DNA from: Octopus vulgaris
Taxonomy: Eukaryota
Length of the DNA stretch: 64,000 nucleotides
Direction: 5' to 3'
NCBI GenBank assembly: GCA_951406725.2
Contig: OX597824.1
Coordinates: forward strand, 96,410,001 to 96,474,000
Shown: one piece after another, positions 1-11,328 of the stretch
Layout of the letters: every line of letters starts with the position of its first letter
How positions within the stretch are numbered: the stretch's first letter is position 1
Translations under genes and position numbers: made by a program
Notes under the pieces: generated by a model
What the model saw: only the letters and a program-made list of their open reading frames with translations
Told to the model about the DNA's origin: nothing
Databases searched by the model: none

Positions 1-430
1 CAAAAGTGTAATTGGTTGGGAATAGGATGGAGACAGTTGAGGGAGATTCCACCTCTGTTGGCAACCAAAGGTTTCTCTCTCTGAGTGAAAGGAAGATTGT
101 ATGATGCATGTGTACAAACAACAATGCTACATGGTAGTGAGACATGGTCCCTGAATGTGGAGGACATGTGAAGACTAGAGAGGAGCAAAGTTAGTAGGCT
201 CCCCTGGGTGTGCACTGTGAGGTAAAAGTGTGCAAGAAAGAAGAAGACTGGTTTGGTGATGTGAGGTGTATGGATGTAAACAGTTGCCTAAAATGGAAGG
301 AACTTGTGGAAGAGGTAAACCCAGAAAGACTTGGGATGAAGTACTGAATGCTGATGTCAAGGCACTGAGCCTTAGGAAGGAGATGACAAAGGGCTGAGAT
401 GTCTAGTGCCTTGCTGTACTCAAAAAGACC
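1..430 (+). mobile_element. Degenerate RTE-clade LINE 3' fragment
   Basis: Reads as GFSL..KGRLYDACV..MLHGSETW..., then GRGKPRKTWDEV; same family as the minus-strand copy at 13700-15480. Confidence 0.75.
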
Positions 431-473
431 CATTCACCACAGCAGGATTGATATCTTAAAAACCACCTTGGTA

Positions 474-656
474 TTGCTCAGTAGAGACTCCTCTATTGAC
501 TCAGTAAAGACTCCCCTGTTGACTCAATAGAGGCTGCCTTGTTGACTCAGTAGAGATTCCCTTGTTGACTCAGTAGAGACTGGTTTGTTGACTCAGTAGA
601 GACTCCTCTGTTGACTCAATAGAAGCTGCCTTGTTGACTCAGTAGAGATTCCCTTT
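474..656. repeat. 23-bp minisatellite, about 8 copies (TTGACTCAGTAGAGACTCCYYTG)
   Basis: Tandem units directly visible. Confidence 0.9.
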
Positions 657-1209
657 GCTGGGTGGAGGTGCTTATTGCCCCTTTGAAAACATAAGGACAC
701 AGAAAATGTCTCATGGCCAGCTGGAAACTGTGTTACCTAGGGTTAAATAACAGTAGTATTCTTCCCTTTCATGGGAATGCCACATTAAGTTGGCAACATA
801 CCCTGTTGATCACTTTATCGTGCTGCTATTGTATAAATCTCTGTAAAAGGTTTAGAAATGTATCATTTCTATACTTTATCTGTAGTTTTAGCTTTTTATC
901 ATAATTACATCTTTTATTCCCTCCTACACACAGAATATGAAGAAGTATTTAGCTACTGATGCTTGTATATGTAGGACACTGCTTTGTGAAGCTTGAAAAA
1001 GGCCACCTTCAAAAGTCACCAGCTTGGAACCGTTAACAATAAGAAATCATTTACGCTGGTAATATCTTTAGGAAATTCATGGAGATCATAACACTGACTG
1101 TTGTCTTGCCTCTTTATGTATCTGCCACTGGTACCTAGAAAAACAGGATTGACACTAATAATTGATAGTGAGATAAATATTAGGGGAACAGGGGAGGGAA
1201 ATTATATAA

Positions 1210-1352
1210 GGCAGCGTGGCTGTGTGGTAAGAAGCTTTCTTTCCGACCACACGGTTTCTGGTTCAGTCCCACTGCATGGCACTTTGGGCAAGTGTTTTCT
1301 ACTATAGCCTTGCCGAGTGGGTTTGGTAGACGGAAACTGAAAGAAGCCTGTC

Positions 1353-1392
<40 letters not shown>

Positions 1393-1815
1393 CCAACCGA
1401 TTGTGGCTGTTGCCAGCCTCCTCTGGCCCCTGTGTTGGTGGCATGTAAAAAGCACCCACTACACTCACGGAGTGGTTGGCGTTAGGAAGGGCATCCAGCT
1501 GTAGAAACACTGCCAGATCAGACTGGAGCAGCCTCCTGGCTTCCCAGACCCTGGTCGAACCGTCCAACCCAGGCTAGCATGGAAAACGGACGTTAAATGA
1601 TGATGATGATGATGATGAAATATATATATATAAATGCATGTATCTGTGTTTGTTCTCCACCCTCATCGCTTGACAACCGATGTTGGTGTGTTTACGTCCT
1701 CGTCACTTAGCGGTTCGGCAAAAGAAACCGATAGAATAAGTACTAGGCTTAAAGTAATATCTTTATATTCACTATAACTCTTCGAGGCAATGTTCCAGCA
1801 TGGCTGTAGTCAAAT
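1210..1815 (+). mobile_element. tRNA-derived SINE with internal (TA)n, interrupted by an RTE-tail-type SINE fragment (~1393-1618)
   Basis: Head TGGCTGTGTGGTAAG...GGTTCAGTCCC and body match the intact copy at 20805-21260; the nested piece ends in (GAT)n. Confidence 0.75.
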
Positions 1816-1823
1816 ATCCATTA

Positions 1824-2055
1824 GGTACTATTTAAGAAGAGTGGTCCCGGTGCGCGCACTCGCGCATCCGGGCTGGCTATTCGTGACTAGTCGATCCTAC
1901 AACGACTCCCTAGCAAAGTAAAAAAAAACACAAAATAAATAATTTTTTAAAAACAAAGTAAATAAAACACAAAGGATCGACTAGTCACGACTAGCTAGAA
2001 CGGATGCGCGAGTACGCGAGTGCGCGCACCGGGACCACTGTCCTTAAATAGTACC
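1824..2055. mobile_element. MITE with long terminal inverted repeats and TA target duplication (Tc1/mariner-type)
   Basis: TA|GGTACTATTTAAG..AGTGGTCCCGGTGCGCGCACTCGCG ... CGCGAGTGCGCGCACCGGGACCACT..CTTAAATAGTACC|TA, plus inner IR TCGTGACTAGTCGATCCT / AGGATCGACTAGTCACGA. Confidence 0.85.
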
Positions 2056-2845
2056 TACATATAAATATATATATATACCCCCGTCAGAGGTACTCTATAA
2101 TTTTGTAGAGTACAAATTCATCATTCTTAAACAAGAATATTATTGAATGCGACTTGGGAGTTTTGTCAGACAAAGGTTTAGTTGGTCGACACTTCGAAGT
2201 TACTATTAATAATATATATATGTGTGTGCGTGTAGATATATGAAGTAATTTTATAATTAAGATTGAACATTGCAGACCCTAATTGTAACTTTCCCTAAAG
2301 CGGTGTTCGACATACTTTTGCACCGACAACTAAAAAGTCCGTTTCTTATTTAATGTGTGTTGTATGGAATAAACTTATAGTCATGTGTGTGCTTGTGGGA
2401 ATATGTATATATATATATATGTTTGTGTGTGTGTGGATTAATCGTGCCCTCTTGACACATCAACATCCTCTACAGACACTCCAAGTTGATGATTTAATTA
2501 TAAATATATACATAATAATAATAGTAAAGATACACACGCATGGACAGGTGCGTGTAAGGGAAAGTGTGAACAAAGGGGAGGTAAACGACGACGACGTCAA
2601 CATTTGGGGAAGAATTGTTGTTTGTTGTGGATAATTTCGTGAGAATCGGGAGAAAAGAAGGCTTTTAATTCCCAGGATACCAAAGAGAGACGTTCTTTTC
2701 TTGTGTGTGCCTTGGAGAGACTTCGTTGTTTCTTGTTTGTCTGAGATTGACTCTCATTCTTTCCGTGTGTGGGTGTCTGTTTGGTTGCCCCTCTTATATA
2801 TATATCGAGAGTTTTGGTGGTGCCAAATCCACTTTTAAAGCGAAG

Positions 2846-2942
2846 ATGCCAAAGAAGAAGAAGAAAGATAACGAACAACAGTCTAGCAGGAATATTTCTT
2901 TCGATCATAGTTCTTTCCAGAACTTATTTTCACCTGTGACCA
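2846..2942 (+). CDS. CINP: CINP exon 1 (coding part)
   Basis: ATG in context AAGATGC, donor CA|GTAAGA; phase 1 matches exon 2. This is the least conserved part, so it rests on splice logic. Confidence 0.7.
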
Positions 2943-5939
2943 GTAAGACATCTCTCTCTCTTTCTCTCTCTCTCTCTACTGTTTATATACACATGTGATT
3001 TTATATAATCCATTTTCATCTGGAGCTAGTAAGAAATACGCGCGTATACGCACGCTTTCACACACACACGTAGCGTATACACGATATACCTTTATACTTT
3101 AATATGTGTGTGTGTGTGTCTGTGTGTATGTGTAGACATACGTCCACAATTGTGCCTCAACAAATTCCATAATCGGAATCTACACCATCTAAAGCGTATT
3201 TGTAGAAAATTTCATTAAAAAATATCATCTATATTTCTGAAAGTTATGAGGAAACAAAGTCGGGTGTTGACACGCGTGTGTACATCATACTATCGTAAGA
3301 TGTTTACAGCGTTGGTCACAATGTGCTTCGCATTGTTTTAGAGTTCGAATGATACCACTTCGCTGATGAGGTAGCCGAGCTGACATTTACCCTAAACAGA
3401 ATACCTTCTTCGCACACCTATCACCACCCATACGCTTTAATTACCTGTCCATAACAACATAGCCGTCGCTCTACTGAATCCTTATAAATTCCCTCAGTTT
3501 TCCTCCCAGCTCATCCCTGTCACATTCGCATCCGCTATTTTCCAACCTTCACGCATCCTGTGCCTTCAACATCCACCTCTCGCTACCTTCATCGCTTTGT
3601 TTACAGAAAAGTCCATAGCTTCCTGAACTTTCCCCACCCTAATTCTAATTCTCGCCACTACGCTTTTAGAACACCCCAGCACCCCGTTGTTTGGTCACCT
3701 AGGGAACAGAGGCTGTCAACTTGTGCGACGTAACTTTTGAATTTTGTATGAAATATATTTTACGGGTGTTCTCAGGTTTAAACCACTCGTCTACATCAGT
3801 GGTCCTTAACTCTTTCGGTTCCGGTTTTACTCAATTGGTCCTCAATAGCCATTCACTGTATTCTGTGTCTTCTTGTTTCAGTCATTTGACTGCGGCCATG
3901 CTGGTGCACCACCTTTAGTCGAACAAATCGACCCCAAGACTTTGTAAGCCGTGTACTTATTGTATCAGTCTATTTTGCTGAACCGTTAAGTTACGGGGGA
4001 CGTAAACACACCAACATCAGCTGTCAAGTAATGGTCGAGGGAACTCACACACACATACACATCACACACACATACATCACACACCAGTATATGCATATAT
4101 ATATATATATATATTAGTGTAACGCACGGGTAGTGAAAAAGTCTTTAATGTTTCGAGCCTACGCTCTTCCACAGAAAGAAACAAGGAGAGAAAATAAAGA
4201 ATGTGTAGTGGCTAGCGATAGGCTTCTCTCAGTTTCCGTCTACCAAATCCACTCACAAGGCTTTGGTCATCCCAAAGCTGTAGTAGACGTCACTTGGCCA
4301 AGGTGCCACACAGTGGGACTGAACCTGGAACCATGTGGTTGGGAAGCAAGCTTCTTTCCACACAGCCAAACCTGTGCCTAATATATAAAAAAAATGTTAC
4401 AGTATTTTTATAATTAAATATTATTAGAAATTGGATAAAAACAATTAAAAATATTTTGTGTATTGTAAATGTTTAAGTAATTTACAGCAGATAAATTTTA
4501 ACAAGAAAATACTATACAGATCCCCACCAAGGGTCATATGGACCCAAATCGAGAACCCCTGGGGTACATCTGATATCTGTTATACAGCAGTGGTTCCCAA
4601 TCTTTTCACTACTGAGGACCCCTTTTATTTGAATGAGTTTTCCCATGGACCCCAAGATATTGAAAGGTCTGTCAGCTTAACATGTTCACAGATTCCCAGT
4701 ACTGCTTTTGCCAACCACCAGGGGTTCGCATACCACAAGGTGGGAACCACCAGGTTACAGTCTTTCTTCATAGTGATCCTGCCTTTGATTCCGCTACACC
4801 ATTTCTGCACCCATCGTCATCACTACACTCCATCACCACTCCACCCCATCACCACTATTTTTATTGCATTCTCCCTCCACCCAGTCATCCTCTTGCTTCT
4901 CAATTATGAGCAGTCATGTAGCTCTTCTACTAACTCATGCATATGGTGTGGTGGTTAAGAGCGCGGGCTACTAACCCCAAGATTCTGAGTTCAATTCCAG
5001 GCAGCGACCTGAATAATAATAATAACAATAATAATAACATCAAAAAATACCTTAGGAATGAGAACCCAGGTTCGAAATTTCCCCAAGACACCTGATGAAG
5101 GCTGGAGGGTATATCAGCCGAAATGTTGTGTTAACAACAAACAAGATGAGCACAAATACCCATCAAATGTAAATAATCTAAATAATGTACATAATTCCTC
5201 GTCTCTTAAAAATAGAACTGCAAGATTCCTGTTCTGCTCTGGCCCTTTTTCTCTCTAATCATCATCTCTTTGTATAAAGGTATCCCTCCTTGGCATTTGT
5301 AATCTTGTATGCTGTAAAGTGGCTGGCATTAGGAAGGACATCCAGTCGGAGGATCGATGCCAAGGCAGAAGCTGGAACAGGATGCAGTTCTTCAAGACAT
5401 CCAACTTATGCCAGTGTGGAACATTATGATGATGAGTATGAGTATGATGATGATGATGACGATGATGATGACGACGACGATGACGATGATGATGATGATG
5501 ATGATGATGACGACAATGATGATGATCATGATGATAATGATGATGATGACAATGATGATGAGGATGATGATGATGATGATGATGATTCATTTTGTTTTAA
5601 CATTCACTTTTCCATGCTGGCATCGGGTTGAATAGAGTTTTAGGTGAAGCAAATTTTCTGCTGCCAGATGTCCTTCCTGTTGCCATTCTTCACCTGTTTC
5701 CAAGCAAGGGTGATTTCCCCCCCTCCCTCCGCCAAGCCAGACATTCTTGCAGAATATTGGAAAAATCAATGACACTGCTTGTATGACAGGGACAATCATT
5801 TACAACTTCATGTGATGTCAGGACAAGGAAGAAAAACACACACACACACACATGCACACACACACACACACGCAATGAGCTTCTTTCAGTTTCCCTCTGC
5901 CAAATCCCCTTGATATTTGAGATTTTGCTTGTTTGTCAC

Positions 5940-5987
<48 letters not shown>

Positions 5988-6820
5988 CCTTGTTACTATA
6001 GGCACACGGCCTGAAATTTTTGGGGGAGGGGCCTAGTCAATTACATCGACACCAGTGTTTCACTGGTACTTAATTTATTGACCCTGAAAGGATGAAAAGC
6101 AAAATCGACCTCGGTAGCATTTGAACCCAGAACATAAAAACAAAATGCCACAAAGAACTTTGTCCAGTGTTCTAATGATTCTGCCACAACTTGCACCTTT
6201 AAGTGGGGACAAAGATGACCCTTTGCTGTTAATAGTGTTTCTGTTTGCAAGGCGGAAGACCTGGCGGGAACGTTAACACACTGGGCAAAATGCTTAGTGC
6301 TATTTCGTCTGTCTTTATGTTCTGAGTTCAAATTCCGCCGAGGTCGACTTTGCCTTTCATCCTTTCGGGGTTGATAAATTAAGTACCAGTTATGTACTGG
6401 GGTTGATCTAATCGACTGGCCTCCTCCCCTAAAATTTCGAGCCTTGTGCCTAGAGTAGAAAAGAATACTGTTTCTGTTTGGCATTAATTTATGTTTTTTT
6501 TTTCTTGTGTGTGCAGGTCCTGTGGCGGTGAAACCGAGCCAGGGCAACCTCACTGGCAGTGAAAGGGTCACCAAAGACAGTGCTGCTGACATCTACAATG
6601 CCATCTTGAAGTGGAACAACCTCAACCTCAGTGGGGCAGCCATCATGAGCAAAATAGCCAATTGCAAATTACAGGCCATGTAAACTTCACTTTCTGTCTT
6701 TCCTTCTTCCTTCCTTTCATCTTTCTTTCATTCTTTCTTTCTCTCTTTCTTTCTTTCTTTCTTTTTTCTTTCTGTCTTTCCTTCTTTTTTCCTTTCATCT
6801 TTCTTTCATCTTTCTTTCAC

Positions 6821-6881
<61 letters not shown>

Positions 6882-6997
6882 TTTCTCTCTTTCTTTCTTT
6901 CTTTCTTTCTGTCTTTCCTTCTCCCTTTCCTTCCTTCCTTCTTCCTTTCATCTTTCTTTCATTCTTTCTTTCTTTCTTTCTTTCTTTCTCTCTTCTT

Positions 6998-7028
<31 letters not shown>

Positions 7029-7282
7029 CTTTTTCTTTCTTCTGTTGAAGGAACAAGGAAAAAAAAAGGTAATGTATAACTTATGTTTTGTTCTTCTTTT
7101 CCAAATGTTCCTGGGTAGATTTGAACCCAGCACCACGGTGTCTGCTGATGTTTCACCCCCGTCAACAACGATGCCTCTTGAAATGGAACCACTGTGTGAG
7201 AAACTTCTGAAGACAGTTGAAGCCATGGTGAGTTGCAAACCTTGGGACAACATCACTTTCTGTGTGTGTGCATGTGTGTCTC

Positions 7283-7316
<34 letters not shown>

Positions 7317-8580
7317 TATGTGTATACACACACACATTAATATATAGATTCTAAGTCCTAATACTTAAAATTTTTGGCCTTGTAAGGATGATGATGATGA
7401 CAATGATGATGATGATAATGGTGATGATGATGATGACAATGATGATGATGATGACAATGATGATGATGATGATAATGGTGATGATGATGATGACAATGAT
7501 GATGATAGTGATGATGATGATGATGATTGTGGTGATGATGACAATGACGACGATCTTGCCTTTCATTTAAGTACCAGTGAAACACTGGGGTTGATGTAAT
7601 CAACTACTCCCCTCCCCACAAATATGAGGCCTTGGGCTTCCAGTAGAAAGGAATTATTATTATTTTATTATTATTATTATTATTTCTTCTTCTGATGACT
7701 GCAATCTTTGTTTTTTAACAGGAGAAGGTGATCCATAAACTGGAAGCCATGTGTGACGTGTACCGAGGGTTATTTAATCTGGAGGAACATCGACACCAGG
7801 CTGGTGATGTTACTGAAACCGTACCATTCCAGTCTTGGACTTACAAGGATTTTGGTGAGTAAAACCGTCTGGTACTTGAGTTGCTGTGGACGGAGTGTCA
7901 TCGTCATCATCACCCTTTAATGTCCATTTCCCATGCTGGCATGGGTTGGACAGTTTGACCAGAGGTGGCAAGCAGGAAGTGCTGGACCAGGTTCCAGTCT
8001 GACTTGGTTTGGTTTCTATGGCTGGATGCCTTTCCTCGCGCCAACCGTTTTTACAGTGTGTGCTGAGTGCTTTTAACGTGCCACCAGCACTAGTGCCTTT
8101 TATGTGGCACTGGCACAGGACCCTTGTGGGTCAATCCTCTTCATTAGGAGAGGTGGGGTCCTTAACACTTCTGCTGTGGAGGACTATTTTGTTTCTTATT
8201 GGCAAAAAAACTCTTATGAAACCCCATCAACCACGAATCCAGTGTTGGCTAAATTGGTGTACTGGTAGAGTCTTTCTTTAAAATTGTGTTTTTTTGTGTA
8301 TATTCTTGAATAAGTGTAGAATCTTGCGTGTTCTGTTGTATGCTGTATCGAACCCTGAAAGTGACCCCAACTTCTATTTGCAGAAGTGACGTCCGCAAAA
8401 ATTGTTGAAGCTTACCAAAAAGAGTTTGAACTGAAACAACGCCTGGTCGAAGTCATCGCACACGTTCCCGACCGCAATCTGTTGATGTTTTGTACGGCTG
8501 GCTGGCTGCACGAACCGTACGTCAGTGGAGAGACACAGCTTCTACTCGAGGCCCTTGTCACAGAAACGGGTCTGAAATGA
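2846..8580 (+). CDS. CINP: CDK2-interacting protein (CINP)-like gene, 5 coding exons: 2846-2942, 6517-6679, 7119-7227, 7722-7854, 8384-8580 (699 nt, 232 aa)
   Basis: GT-AG introns with consistent phases (1,2,0,1) give one open frame: MPKKKKKDNE...FSPVT/SPVAVKPSQGNLTGSERVTKDSAADIYNAILKWNNLN...EPLCEKLLKTVEAM/EKVIHKL...PFQSWTYKDF/EVTSAKIVEAYQKEFELKQRLVEVIAH...WLHEPYV...LLLEALVTETGLK*. These motifs match vertebrate CINP as I recall it (KDNAADWHNLILKW; PLFHTW; YRKELLLK; WLHQPYV; LESMLLETG). Confidence 0.9.
4142..4179 (-). ncRNA. Minimal type-I hammerhead-like motif (core CUGUGGA variant)
   Basis: Minus strand: TCTTT-CTGTGGA-A-GAGC-GTAG-GCTC-GAA-ACAT-T-AAAGA; stems I and II pair perfectly. Confidence 0.6.
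4588..4753. mobile_element. hAT (Charlie-like) MITE
   Basis: Termini CAGTGGTTCCCA ... TGGGAACCACCAG. Confidence 0.65.
4935..5220 (+). mobile_element. tRNA-headed SINE-like element containing a hammerhead motif
   Basis: A-box-like TGGTGTGGTGG, anticodon arm GGG-CTACTAA-CCC, B-box-like GAGTTCAATTCC, (AAT)n spacer, then hammerhead at 5087-5132. Confidence 0.65.
5087..5132 (+). ncRNA. Minimal type-I hammerhead ribozyme motif
   Basis: GACAC-CTGATGA-A-GGCTG-GAGGGTATAT-CAGCC-GAA-ATGT-T-GTGTT: canonical core, 5-bp stem II, stem I GACAC/GTGTT, GUU cleavage triplet. Confidence 0.75.
5425..5587. repeat. (GAT/GAC)n microsatellite
   Basis: Direct; source of the poly-D, poly-M and poly-H ORFs. Confidence 0.95.
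5990..6465. mobile_element. Two oppositely oriented tRNA-SINE copies (minus ~5990-6170, plus ~6250-6465) in CINP intron 1
   Basis: Shared core GTCGACTTTGCCTTTCATCCTTTCGGGGT.GATAAATTAAGTACCAG, which resembles the Meta/MESC SINE core. Confidence 0.75.
6517..6679 (+). CDS. CINP: CINP exon 2
   Basis: T-rich tract then GCAG| acceptor; encodes KDSAADIYNAILKW; donor AT|GTAAAC is weak but in phase. Confidence 0.85.
6690..7045. repeat. (CTTT)n polypyrimidine tract filling CINP intron 2
   Basis: Direct. Confidence 0.95.
7119..7227 (+). CDS. CINP: CINP exon 3
   Basis: TAG| acceptor; encodes MEPLCEKLLKTVEAM; strong donor ATG|GTGAGT. Confidence 0.8.
7722..7854 (+). CDS. CINP: CINP exon 4
   Basis: TTTTTTAACAG| acceptor; encodes PFQSW; donor G|GTGAGT. 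Confidence 0.88.
8384..8580 (+). CDS. CINP: CINP exon 5 (terminal coding exon)
   Basis: TTTGCAG| acceptor; ORF 8386..8580 has the WLHEPYV and ETG motifs; TGA stop. Confidence 0.9.
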
Positions 8581-8762
8581 CCCTCGCCGTCCACTTGTAG
8601 GGGTTTAACTTTATTAGGAACTAAATTTCTTCATTTTTTTTTTTTTTTCTTCTTCCATTTTCTTTTTACCTCTTCTCTTTTGCTGTCATTGTTCATGTGT
8701 GCATAGGCTTATGTGTGCGTTTATGAGTGTGTATACACACACACACACACACACGCATAATG

Positions 8763-8793
<31 letters not shown>

Positions 8794-8815
8794 GCATATG
8801 TATACATATATATGA

Positions 8816-8922
<107 letters not shown>

Positions 8923-10167
8923 CATATATATAAACAGACTTTAGGTTAGTTCAAATATGTTTGTGACATATTTCAGCTTCTAAAGGCAATTCCACTGTAG
9001 TTTACCATGGAGAAAAAAAATTCTTGCTTTTGGTAAAATGTGTAAACATACCATTATCAGCTCATAAAAAAGCACTCCTCTGTGGACTGCTAAATGCACA
9101 TTTCTGGCTTTTTTGTCATCTTCTGTAGCAGATACCGAAGGGAGGTAAATCTGAGCTGACAGAAAGCTTGAGCTTTATAATAAATTGGTAAATACTATTT
9201 ACTGGTTTGTGCTAGTAGACCGCCTGGTCTGATCAAATACACGAGTAGTAGTGTGAAGCAGTGATGGAAAAATAAACAACCGTGAGGTAAGATATATATA
9301 TATATACACACACATATACATACATACACACACATACAGATACATAATTCCTCAACCTCAGACATGTATAGAATATATATATATATATACTTATATATAT
9401 ATTATGTAATATAGACACATATATATATATCAATTAAACATACTTTTAAATATATAAACTATTTCTGTTTTTTGTTTTTATTTCCCTTGTTTTCTCACAT
9501 CCATTCCTTTCTCTTTTGAAGAATGTCTATCTTAGACAATTTAGATTCCTCTTGTGTGACCACCACAAAAGAATCCATCTTATGTAATGAAAGATTCTTT
9601 TGTTTCATTTTTATATTTGATTTCCAAGATTTTTGATGGGAACTGGTGTGTTGAGACAGATTTTATTATATCTTGAGAGGGTCATTAGGCCAATAATAAA
9701 TACACACACTGGTTACTATTTTAGTTTTATTTATCTGAAGTAGAGCTGGAGTTGAGAGGACATGTCATTGTTGGGGCCACAAATGGCAACGAAAGAACTT
9801 TAATAAACCTAACTGATTGATTGTCTGAACAATTAATCAAGCAATCTTCATCATCGTTTAACATCTGCCTTCCATGCTGGCATGGTGGGATCAATTAGTT
9901 AATTGGTTAAATGATTAACAAATCGACAAAAAATAATAATAATAGAAGTGAAATAGAACCAGTGTGAATTTATGCTTTGGTGTAATGACCCTCCCAAGAT
10001 CCAACAAGATCTGTGTTCTCATTCAGTTACCTTTTCTTTTATCTACTACTTGTTTTAGTCATTAAACTGTGGCCATGCTGGGGCACTGCCTTGAAGAATC
10101 TTAGTCAAATGAATTGACCCTACTACTTTTTTTTTTAAAGCCTAGTATATATATATATATATATATA

Positions 10168-10457
10168 CTAGCAGTATCGCCCGGCGTTGCTCGGGTTTGT
10201 AAGGTAAATAACTATATAAGCATTTTTAGAGAGTTATAGCCAAAAAATAGCAAAAAAATGCATTAAAAATGGAAAAAAAATGATGGTAATTAAAATCGTA
10301 GACTCATCGTAGACGCGCGCTAATACCCAGAAGGGCTCAATATGAATCATGACTATAAGATACCCGGTTTTGGTTAAACTGCACCACAAAATGTGGGAGT
10401 AGTTAGGAATCTAAATCGTAGGAGACAGACACACAACTTCACTTTTATATATAAAGA
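10168..10457 (-). mobile_element. Non-autonomous Helitron (290 bp)
   Basis: Minus strand starts A|TCTTTATATATAAAAG and ends with hairpin CCCGAGCAACGCCGGG then CGATACTGCTAG|T: 5' TC, 3' CTAG, inserted between A and T, no TSD. Confidence 0.85.
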
Positions 10458-11118
10458 TATATATATCAACACACGAGTAGAAGTGATGTTAGCCCCATGA
10501 TGGGATGGTGTTATCCAAGGAAATACTGGTTCAATACCTGATATTTTGGGGGAATTAATTTCCTTAAACTAATAGGTGTATATATATATAAAAGCATATA
10601 GCTTATATTCATATCAAAGAAGAAGAAGAACAACAAAATGGAGATTGGGAAGTTAATAATTGTTTATCATTAACAACAAATGAATCATCATTCTTTACAG
10701 CTGTTTCAATTAATACTTAGTAAATCATCATCATCATCATCATCATTTAGCGTCCGTTTTCCATGCTAGCATGGGTTGGACGGTTCAACTGGGGTCTGGG
10801 GAGCCCGAAGGCTGCACCAGGCCAGTCAGATCTGGCAGTGTTTCTACAGCTGGATGCCCTTCCTAACGCCAACCACTCCGAGAGTGTAGTGGGTGATTTT
10901 ATGTGCCACGACACACATACAATACAGGCTTCTTTCAGTTTCCTTCTGCAAAATCCACTTGCAAGGCTCTGGTTTGTCCAAGGCTATAGTACCAAACACA
11001 TGCCCAGCGTCCCACAGAATAGGACTGAATCCAGAACCATGTGGCTGGGAGGCAGACTACTTACCACACAACCACCCCTATGTATAGATTTCTTCTCAAG
11101 AAGAATCATGTTGACAAT

Positions 11119-11160
11119 GACACTGAAGTTACGGCTTGCTTTAGCCTTCATCAGATTGTC
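11119..11160 (-). ncRNA. Decayed minimal hammerhead motif
   Basis: GACAAT-CTGATGA-A-GGCT-AAAGCA-AGCC-GTAA-CTTC-AGTGTC; GAAA is mutated to GTAA. Confidence 0.45.
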
Positions 11161-11328
11161 TGTTGAAGATTAAATAGACTGGAACTTTGAAGTCACTGTC
11201 AACAGTATTCTTGTTAAAACATATGTACTCTACAAAAATTATTGAGTACTCCTTTTCCTAACTTGAAGTAAAAACAAACTTATACACCCATGCTATTATA
11301 TATAAGTAGGTGGCGAGCGGGCAAAAGC

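Noticed and set aside
474-656. CRISPR-like array
   Set aside because: The variable parts are short and related to each other, the context is eukaryotic and there are no cas genes; it is a minisatellite.
3355-3385. CTGATGA hammerhead core
   Set aside because: No stem II or GAAA; part of a decayed SINE tail related to 57110-57200.
5255-5635. Poly-His/Asp/Met ORFs, and the many [16 protein letters not shown] and LSIY ORFs across the window
   Set aside because: Translations of microsatellites; no splice or homology support.
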